A DNA stretch of 64,000 bases from an uncultured bacterium. GTDB taxonomy: Bacteria; Babelota; Babeliae; Babelales; Babelaceae. Shown one piece after another: positions 18,773-26,629 of the stretch. The number at the start of each line of letters is the position of its first letter. Positions within the stretch are counted from its first letter, which is position 1. Made by a program: the position numbers and the translations under genes. Location of the stretch: NCBI GenBank assembly GCA_963722385.1, contig CAVRKK010000002.1:1024001-1088000 (forward strand), written 5' to 3'. Under the pieces are notes generated by a model that ran no database searches, was not told where the DNA came from, and worked only from the letters and a program-made list of their open reading frames with translations.

Positions 18773-19707
18773 GAAAAGTGATGATGCGTTTTCACGTAAT
18801 TGGCACGCATTATATTAGCGTGAGCATAATAGGTATGGCTTTTCACGCAGCGTTACAGGGGCTGTCATGCGTAGAGTTGCGGCACGAGGGAAAATTTGCG
18901 GGTATACACAGCGATATGGTAGAATTCAGTCGGAGGGATGGTCAGCGTTTCTTGCTCAAACAGCGTTATGGCGTGCTTCTCCACAAGCATTTTATGAGCG
19001 TTCTTGAAGTTTTGGGCAGTAAAATGGCCGAGTCAATGAATATACGATGTAATTATGTAGAGATCGTGCCTGCTGACCAATGCAAGGAGTATAAGCATTA
19101 CCCCGATCGACCAGCCACGTTGCACTCTTTTGTTCCTGGCGTGCAAATCGATAAGAGTATTTTTAAAAACCAGATTAATATCAAGCAGCGCAATAGGAAT
19201 GAAAGAAGCTCAAAGCGGGGGCTTAATTTGGCTATCATGAGAAATATGGCAAAACACCCGTTTCTTCCCGTGTTGGTAGCGTTTGATACGTTTATTGGCA
19301 ATAGGGATCGTGCAGGGGTTAATCTTCTCTACGAAGAAAAGACTGATACCTTTACTGCTATCGATTTTGGTGATACATTCAAATTTAATTTGAGCGAGAT
19401 TGCGTTAAAGAATTTAAGAAAATTTAAAAAAGCGAAAAAGCTTAATTTCAATGCCCGCGAATGGGAGGCGGTAGCTGTCTACCGTGACACACTTGTGCGG
19501 TTGGTAAGCATGTATAATCCTCGAAACATGTATAGTATGCTCTTGGCAATCGCGCGTGAAGCGAAGATTATTTCTGATAACCCAACATATGCTTCCAGAA
19601 AACAGGATCTGGAGGAGCTTTTGGCGCTTCACAAGAAATTCATGTTTGAGAATTATGCTAGTGTAAAGAAGCTTATTGCTGAGCTTGATGATATCTTGGG
19701 ATATTAA
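18769..19707 (+). CDS. Signal-peptide kinase-fold protein (paralog 3; start may be ATG 18781)
   Basis: LKQ...E, PATLH, DTFIGNRDRAGVN, TAIDFG. Confidence 0.7.
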   Translation: MRKVMMRFHVIGTHYISVSIIGMAFHAALQGLSCVELRHEGKFAGIHSDMVEFSRRDGQRFLLKQRYGVLLHKHFMSVLEVLGSKMAESMNIRCNYVEIVPADQCKEYKHYPDRPATLHSFVPGVQIDKSIFKNQINIKQRNRNERSSKRGLNLAIMRNMAKHPFLPVLVAFDTFIGNRDRAGVNLLYEEKTDTFTAIDFGDTFKFNLSEIALKNLRKFKKAKKLNFNAREWEAVAVYRDTLVRLVSMYNPRNMYSMLLAIAREAKIISDNPTYASRKQDLEELLALHKKFMFENYASVKKLIAELDDILGY

Positions 19708-19750
19708 CTTTTCTTGAGCTGTAGGCAGGCTACTTATTTGCTTGGCCCGC

Positions 19751-21073
19751 TTAAAGCATCCAAGCAGGCAAAAATAGAATATTACTTTCTTTATCAAAAG
19801 ACAGAGGCCCCATATAGCAAAAGATGCCAAGCGAGACCCTTGAGGCACTGTGCATAAAGCTTTTCAAATTGTTAAATTTCTTTACTTCGATATGAGAAGA
19901 ATACGTAATTTCAAACGGAATGATGTGATTGCCGAGTGCTATAACAAAATCAACCTCGGCACCTGCTGCAGTGCGCCAAAAATAGACATGATGTCTTTCT
20001 GCCTGTGTATCGAGCCATGTTTGGATTTCATTGAGGAACCAGTTTTCAAACCGGTGGCCTATCAAGCCGGTAGCCTTCAAAATGGAGAGATCGTATATGC
20101 CTGTCAAATAGCTAATTAATCCATTATTGATCAAGTAACCTTTGGGTGATTTTACTAACCTTTTGATAGAGCTTTCGATAAAAGGAAAAAGCTCGGTATA
20201 TTGTAAGGTAGCGAGTAAATAATTGCGGTATTTTGCAAGTGTATTAATAGAACAGTGCAAGGCTTCGGCAATTTTTTTATCGTTTCTTGTTGACCCAGTA
20301 AGCTCTGCTGAAATTTTCATAAGATTTTGGTATAACGATAAATCTCCAATAGTATCGATTGCTCGAACATCCTTTTCTAAATACGTCTGTAAATAATTGC
20401 CAAGGTAGCTTAGGCGAGTTTTGTCCGACGGTTGCTCGATTGCCTCGGGCAAGCCTCCCCAGATGAGATGGTTTTCTAGCGAGCTATGAAGTACCTTTTG
20501 GAATGGGCGGATGGCGAGGAAGTTTTCTTGTAATGCTTCAAAGCTTTTGGAATTGAATATGATATCAAGAGCGCCATCGTAAGGAAGCGAAAGCTCTCGA
20601 TGTTGTAGAAGCGCCATTTCTCTAAGATTAAACTCGCGGAGATTTAATAATTCTACGCGTCCTGCCAAGGACTCAGCTGTTAGCTTGTGTAAATTAAGAT
20701 GGGCAGAACCCGTGAGAATAAACTTGATATGGTTAGTTCCTCGGTGGGTGTCGTAGATCAATTTGATTTGATCAAATAATTCGGGACACTTTTGAGCTTC
20801 GTCAATAAAAACCCATAATTTCTTTGGCCCGCCAATTCTCTGAAGCCCTTCTTGTTCGATCATGACTGCAAGCTCTTCATTGGCTACCTTGGCTCTTTGA
20901 GAGGACACGTCCATATTCAGATGGACCCATTTTTTTTCAGGGTCAAGCCTCATGTAAAATTCGACCAACGTAGTCTTGCCCACGCGGCGGGGACCAAGCA
21001 AGGCACTAACAAAGGGACGCTCAAAGGATTCAAAGAAAAATTTTTCGTTTACGCGTATAACATACTTTTTCAT
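19751..21073 (-). CDS. AAA_14 + DUF4143 ATP-binding protein (start MKKYVIR preferred)
   Basis: GPRRVGKTT, IDEAQK, LTGS, ESLAGR, GGLPE, KSPKGY, FEN, WRTAAGAEVDF. Confidence 0.9.
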   Translation of the reverse strand: MKKYVIRVNEKFFFESFERPFVSALLGPRRVGKTTLVEFYMRLDPEKKWVHLNMDVSSQRAKVANEELAVMIEQEGLQRIGGPKKLWVFIDEAQKCPELFDQIKLIYDTHRGTNHIKFILTGSAHLNLHKLTAESLAGRVELLNLREFNLREMALLQHRELSLPYDGALDIIFNSKSFEALQENFLAIRPFQKVLHSSLENHLIWGGLPEAIEQPSDKTRLSYLGNYLQTYLEKDVRAIDTIGDLSLYQNLMKISAELTGSTRNDKKIAEALHCSINTLAKYRNYLLATLQYTELFPFIESSIKRLVKSPKGYLINNGLISYLTGIYDLSILKATGLIGHRFENWFLNEIQTWLDTQAERHHVYFWRTAAGAEVDFVIALGNHIIPFEITYSSHIEVKKFNNLKSFMHSASRVSLGIFCYMGPLSFDKESNILFLPAWML

Positions 21074-21239
21074 AAGAAATTCTTGAACCTTGATTATTTT
21101 GCATGGCAAATCTTTCAAGATAATGATAGAATTGCATGGCAAAACTGTCAAGGCTTATATAAAAGCTGATGAAATTTATTGTCGCATGAGTGAGATGGCT
21201 GACCTAAAAATCCGTTAAAAACGAAACAAAGAATATTTT

Positions 21240-21626
21240 TTATTCTGCCGATAATTGAGAAAGTATATATGCGCCAACCGCCATAACCGTGTCACGTACG
21301 GCAATGTCATAAAGAGTTCCCATGGTAACTAGATTTAGAACGATAGCCATAAGCCATCCAGTTGCAATGAGAGCTGCTTTTTTGGTCCAATGGGACATAA
21401 GAATTCCTACCCCAACTATAATCTCAAATATGCCTACGATATACATGAATATTGCTGGAGAAATAGGCAAAAACTGAGCGATTGTTGGACTTAGGTACTT
21501 TGACCAGTGGGTAATAATATTCGTAAATTTATCAGCACCTGCGGCTATAAAAAGGAGCCCATACGTTAACTTGAGCATGAGTTGTAGAGTATGTGCTTTT
21601 TGCGGGGTGACGTGAGCTACTGCCAT
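21240..21626 (-). CDS. DoxX-like membrane protein
   Basis: AGADKFTN...W.KYL, VGIFEIIVG, YDIAVRD; four hydrophobic segments. Confidence 0.8.
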   Translation of the reverse strand: MAVAHVTPQKAHTLQLMLKLTYGLLFIAAGADKFTNIITHWSKYLSPTIAQFLPISPAIFMYIVGIFEIIVGVGILMSHWTKKAALIATGWLMAIVLNLVTMGTLYDIAVRDTVMAVGAYILSQLSAE

Positions 21627-21919
21627 TAGAACTCTCCTTAGTTAATAGCAAAACTTAAATCTTAACTATGATGCTGACCGAAAATAGCGGGTCTGTCAAT
21701 AGATTTATGTATCCCAGTATCCCTAAAATAGCGATAGAAAAAAGAGGGCTTCTTTTTTTGAAATGTGAGTGTAAAACGTCTGAAAAAAAGAAAAATTGGA
21801 TCTGATTTTAGGGACGGCAATGATTCAGGCAGACGATTTGATTTACTAGCAAAGGTATACAACCAGCTTTCAACACATATTTAGTGATTAAACAATGCTT
21901 GCTTGATGTTGAGTTCTAA

Positions 21920-24391
21920 TAGTATACGGACGACCTGGGTTAATTGTAATGGATTGCCGTGGTGTGCCACGACGCCTTATCCCAAGAATGAACAATTTTT
22001 TTCATGTAGTCTTGGTGGTTTTAAAGGTCGTCTACAGATAACTTGTTATCAAAATTGACACTTGCGGTAGCACGATGATGATACTGACGGTACTTATAGA
22101 ATAGAAAAACGGCGCCTACGGTGGCTGCTGTTAAAGCAGTAAGGCCAAGGGGAATACCTACGGTAGTACCTATAATTACTCCGAGAGGTAAACTACTACT
22201 TGATCCATCACCATCGCCCTGCGAGCTTCCAAGCAAGACTGGTATGAGTGAAACATCATTTGAATAGAGATTAGCGGTGAGTGCATAGGTGCCACTTGGT
22301 GAAAAAGTGATACTGACACAGTGGGTTGAGTTAGCGGGAAGTAAAGATGTTGCTGCTTGTGGTAATGTACCTCCTGTAGCGTTAAAGAAAGTGACACTGC
22401 TCGAATTGCTATTAGCTACCGCGAGATAGTTGCCATTTAATGAAGAAGCAATTGACTGGGGATTCATGGTATTCTGTGGTAACAGATAGGAACGACCATC
22501 AGCAAGAGTGTCATTGTGTACCGTAAAGATGGTGACATCATTTGACGCGCTATTAGCAGTTGCAAGATAGAGGTTGTTATTGTTAGCAAAAAAGGTAATT
22601 GACTGCGGTTCTGTAGAACCACTTGGAAGAGCATATGAAAGAGCATTGTTTAAATCGCCAGCTGTTACCTTAAAGAGAGTTACATCGCTTGAATATGCAT
22701 TTGCTGTTGCAAGATATATCCCTTCTGGAGAAAAAGAAAGACTGACGGGATATAAAGAGCCTGCAGGTAATGGATAAGAAAGGGCATTTTGTAAAGATCC
22801 TTCTACGACGTTAAATACAGTTACATCGTTTGAATCGCTGTTGGCTACTGCAAGATAAAAATCGTTGGGTGCAAATTCTACCGATGCTGGTTTTGTCGAT
22901 CCTGCAGGTAAGGTATATGAAATATTTGCCACAAGCTTGTCATTTACTAAGGCAAAGAGTGTTATATCGTGTGAATTACTATTGGCAGTTGCAACATAGG
23001 AATTATTAGTTGAAAAAGCAATAGAAGCTGGATGGGTTGAATTTAAAGGTAGTTTATAAGATATTACCGAAGCTAAAGAAGTGCCATTCATGGTGAACAA
23101 GGTTACATCACTTGAGTTGAAATTTGCTGTAGCAAAATGCTTATTGTCGGATGCAAATGCTATTGAGTCAGGCTGCGTAGAGCCGAGTGGTAAATGAAAG
23201 GAAATGCTTGTGACTTGTTCCACTTGAAATATCGTTACATCATTTGATCCACTATTAGCTGTAGCAAGGTAAGAACCATCAGGTGAGAATGCTACTGATT
23301 CAGGTTCGTTGGAACCACTTGGTAATGGGTATGATATTCCTTTCGATAGGACTCCTCCTGCTTCCATTTGAAATATTGTCACACTCCCAGGATTATAATC
23401 GTTAGTAGTAGCAAGATATGACCCGTTGGTCGAAAATGCGACTGAGGAAGGCTCACTAGAACCGCTTGGTAATGCATATGATACTGCTCCCGACAATACT
23501 CCTCCTACTCCAATCTGGAATATTGTTACATCATTTGAGAATATATTAGCGATAGCAAGATATGAACCATCGGGCGAAAAGGTTACTGAGTAAGGAAAGC
23601 TAGAACCGCTTGGTAGGACATATGATACTGCTCCCGATAACACGCCCCCTGCTCCAACCTGGAATAGTGTTACATCATTTGAGCCGTTATTAGCCGTAGC
23701 GAGATATGAGCCATCAGGTGAAAATATCACTGAATAAGGAGTACTTGAGCCGCTTGGTAATGCATAGGATGTTGCGCCCGATAGTACGCCTCCTGCTCCG
23801 ACTTGAAATACTGTTACATTAGCTGAGTTTGCGTTAACAGTAGCAAGACATGAACCGTCGGGAGAAAATGCTACTGAATAAGGAGTACTTGAGCCGCTTG
23901 GTAATGCGTACGAAGCTGCATCCGATAAGACGCCTCCTGCTCCTACCTGAAATACTGTTACATCGGTTGAGTTCGTGTTAGCAGTAGCAAGATATGAACT
24001 ATTAGAAGAAAATGCTACTGAAATAGGATAGGTAGAACCACTTGGTAATGCATATGACACTGCTCCCGATAACACACCTCCTGCTCCTACTTGAAATATT
24101 GTTACGTTGTTTGAGTCTGCATCAGCAGTAGCAAGATATAAGCCGTTAGGTGAAAATGCTACTGATACAGGATAGCCAGAACCGCTTGGTAATGCATAAG
24201 TGGATGCTCCTGATAAAGTTACCGCGTTGGCATGTATGCTTGTTAAAATGGTCAGAACTGCGCTGAGCAGAAGAGTGTAAAAATGACCTATGTGTAATGA
24301 CATATTATCAGGCCCCTTATTTTTTGAATTTTTAAGTTAGTAAAGAGCATAAATGACATTTAAGATATTAGCAATCTACGTTTTGCTTGAG
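21920..24391. repeat. Duplicated block, copy 1 (copy 2 at 26535-28989)
   Basis: Near-identical DNA at 21920-23027 vs 26535-27636 and at 24178-24391 vs 28778-28989; the middle is diverged. Confidence 0.95.
22021..24303 (-). CDS. Signal-peptide double beta-propeller (WD40/lactonase-like repeats) with C-terminal TM anchor, copy 1
   Basis: About 14 repeats of ~48 aa (SYALPSGSxxPxSVAFSPDGSYLATANxxSNDVTIF); N-terminal signal; C-terminal hydrophobic helix followed by a basic tail. Confidence 0.9.
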   Translation of the reverse strand: MSLHIGHFYTLLLSAVLTILTSIHANAVTLSGASTYALPSGSGYPVSVAFSPNGLYLATADADSNNVTIFQVGAGGVLSGAVSYALPSGSTYPISVAFSSNSSYLATANTNSTDVTVFQVGAGGVLSDAASYALPSGSSTPYSVAFSPDGSCLATVNANSANVTVFQVGAGGVLSGATSYALPSGSSTPYSVIFSPDGSYLATANNGSNDVTLFQVGAGGVLSGAVSYVLPSGSSFPYSVTFSPDGSYLAIANIFSNDVTIFQIGVGGVLSGAVSYALPSGSSEPSSVAFSTNGSYLATTNDYNPGSVTIFQMEAGGVLSKGISYPLPSGSNEPESVAFSPDGSYLATANSGSNDVTIFQVEQVTSISFHLPLGSTQPDSIAFASDNKHFATANFNSSDVTLFTMNGTSLASVISYKLPLNSTHPASIAFSTNNSYVATANSNSHDITLFALVNDKLVANISYTLPAGSTKPASVEFAPNDFYLAVANSDSNDVTVFNVVEGSLQNALSYPLPAGSLYPVSLSFSPEGIYLATANAYSSDVTLFKVTAGDLNNALSYALPSGSTEPQSITFFANNNNLYLATANSASNDVTIFTVHNDTLADGRSYLLPQNTMNPQSIASSLNGNYLAVANSNSSSVTFFNATGGTLPQAATSLLPANSTHCVSITFSPSGTYALTANLYSNDVSLIPVLLGSSQGDGDGSSSSLPLGVIIGTTVGIPLGLTALTAATVGAVFLFYKYRQYHHRATASVNFDNKLSVDDL

Positions 24392-24726
24392 TGTTGCACC
24401 ACAATGGTAATGTCGTCATGAGACCACAATAGAAATGTTGCCTTCCATCCAGTAAAGTGGTGAGTAGAAATAAAGCAAACCATCCCTGAATAGAAGGCAA
24501 TTCTATGAGAAGGCTTATTCTAGTGAATGATTATAACATTGGAAAAATTAAAAGATGGTTTAATAACACAAACCATGCACATCTCGCTATTAATAAAAAT
24601 AAATTTCGCTATCAAGTGGCTTTCTAAAAAAGTTATAAAAAGCAACCTTTCATATAATCATCCCCTGAGACTATCAACCTCTCGGGTCCTTCTACCTCAG
24701 CGCTATATGATATTGTCATTAATAAT

Positions 24727-24764
24727 GAACCCTGCAAAAGCCTGAAGCAATAAATTGCAGGGTT
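24727..24764. repeat. 38-bp inverted repeat, left copy (internally palindromic)
   Basis: GAACCCTGCAAAAGCCTGAAGCAATAAATTGCAGGGTT; 35/38 match to the reverse complement of 26247-26284. Confidence 0.9.
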
Positions 24765-24890
24765 CATTGCAGGGTTCTAAAATCTGGCTTTCAATCGATT
24801 GTTTGAAAAGTCGATTTTCTAAGTAATCAAAATTTGTTTTGACTCATGATGGCTTTTGGGTTATTGTATGTGCATAAACGGTGAGGGCAT

Positions 24891-26237
24891 ATGCTGGAAG
24901 AACTTTTGGCCCGCGAAGAGGGCAAGACGCTTGAATTTAAAGAAAGTACGCAGTCTCTACAGAAAATTATTCAGACCATTATTGCCTTTGCAAATACTGC
25001 GGGCGGGGTAATCGTTGTAGGAGTAAAAGACAAAACGAAAGAAGTTGTAGGTCTTAAAAATGTTTTGCAGGATGAAGAAAAAATAGCCAATTCCGTTGCT
25101 GAATCTGTTTCTCCTCTGCTTGTACCGACCATTAGCTTATTTACATGGCGCGGTAAAGACGTGCTTATTATTTATGTTTCACATTGCTATGGACCCTTTT
25201 TTTTAAAAGCCAAAGGGTTAGAGCTAGGCACACTTATAAGATTTGGCTCAACTAATCGTCTTGCTGATCAACATATCATTCAAGAAATCTTACGCTTAAA
25301 GAATAACAAGCACTTTGATGAGCAGCCTAATTTTGACTGTCCAATGCGGAACATCCGTTTTGATATCACTGAACAACTTTTTATACCAAAGAAAAAATTT
25401 ACTGAAAAAACAGCGCAGTCTTTAGAACTTATAGTTCAACATCAAGGCAAACCATTTCCCTCAAATGGTGCAGTTTTATTGTTTGCAGACAATCCTCGTG
25501 ATTTTTTTCCCGATGCAATTGTACGTCTTGGTCGATTTTTAGGAACGACCAAGACTGAGATTATCGATCACAAGGATCTTGAAGTTCCTCTTGCCACAGC
25601 ATTAGACCACATTGTCATGTTTATTCAACGTCACACTTCCATTGGGGCTAAGATTGAGGGAACGCGACGTCAGAACATACGGCAGTACCCATTGCCAGTC
25701 ATTCGAGAAGCAGTTATCAATTCATTGTTACATGCTGATTATTCTATGAAAGGTTTTTCAATTACAGTAGCCATTTTCGATGATCGTATTGAGGTAACTA
25801 ACCCTGGTGCACTTCCCTTAGGGTTGAGCTTAGAAGCTGCACTTTCTGGAATCTCTCAGCTTCGAAATCGTGTGATAGGCCGGGTATTTAGAGAACTTGA
25901 TCTTATCGAGCAGTGGGGCTCAGGATTGAAGCGCATGATCGAAATCTGCACCAAACAAAATATACGTCCACCAAAATTTGAAGAGCTGGGGAATTTTTTT
26001 AGAACAACTTTATATCATTCACCTAGATTGATGGCGATGGAGAAATGGGAACTGGTACTTATTGAATATCTACATAAGCATAAAGAAATAACGCCCAAAC
26101 AAGCACAAGTTCTGTGGAAAGTATCTGTTCGAACAACTGCAACACGCTTGGGAAAAATGTATCAAAAAGAACTGGTGATTGAAATAGCTACTTCTGCTTT
26201 TGATCCGTACAAAAAATTTATATTGCCCAGTGCGTAA
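24891..26237 (+). CDS. AlbA_2 (Schlafen-like) + HATPase_c_4 + HTH protein
   Basis: EGKTLEFKES, AFANTAGG.IVVGV.D, REAVINSLLHADY, DDRIEVTNPG, RN..I..VF..L.LIEQWGSG. Confidence 0.88.
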   Translation: MLEELLAREEGKTLEFKESTQSLQKIIQTIIAFANTAGGVIVVGVKDKTKEVVGLKNVLQDEEKIANSVAESVSPLLVPTISLFTWRGKDVLIIYVSHCYGPFFLKAKGLELGTLIRFGSTNRLADQHIIQEILRLKNNKHFDEQPNFDCPMRNIRFDITEQLFIPKKKFTEKTAQSLELIVQHQGKPFPSNGAVLLFADNPRDFFPDAIVRLGRFLGTTKTEIIDHKDLEVPLATALDHIVMFIQRHTSIGAKIEGTRRQNIRQYPLPVIREAVINSLLHADYSMKGFSITVAIFDDRIEVTNPGALPLGLSLEAALSGISQLRNRVIGRVFRELDLIEQWGSGLKRMIEICTKQNIRPPKFEELGNFFRTTLYHSPRLMAMEKWELVLIEYLHKHKEITPKQAQVLWKVSVRTTATRLGKMYQKELVIEIATSAFDPYKKFILPSA

Positions 26238-26246
26238 TCGACAACA

Positions 26247-26284
26247 AACCCTGCAACTTTTTGCTTCAGGGTTTTGCAGGGTTC
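26247..26284. repeat. 38-bp inverted repeat, right copy
   Basis: AACCCTGCAACTTTTTGCTTCAGGGTTTTGCAGGGTTC, starting 10 bp after the stop codon of the AlbA_2 gene. Confidence 0.9.
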
Positions 26285-26629
26285 TGGAATTATGCCGTGA
26301 AAATAACATGCCAAACGATTTAGCCCGCTCTCGCAAGCAGGCTTTCGAGATGAACCAGGCATGTTTCATGCTCAAGCTCATAGCGAGATTCTTTAAGTGA
26401 TGCACGAATATGGCATTATAACTTTGTGCTGAGATCAAAATGCTCGGCATAGTGAGCATGGCCCAATGCATTACGCTATATTTTTTGCATTACTCAAAAA
26501 TGGTATTTTGAAGGACTTAACGAGCTTTTTTTGCTAGTATACGGACGACTTGGGTTAATGGATTGCCCGTGTGTGCCACGACGCCTTATCCCAAGAATGA
26601 ACAATTTTTTTCATGTAGCCTTGGTGGTT

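Noticed and set aside
23220..24200. 144-bp tandem repeats as a CRISPR array
   Set aside because: They are in-frame coding repeats with no repeat-spacer structure and no cas genes.
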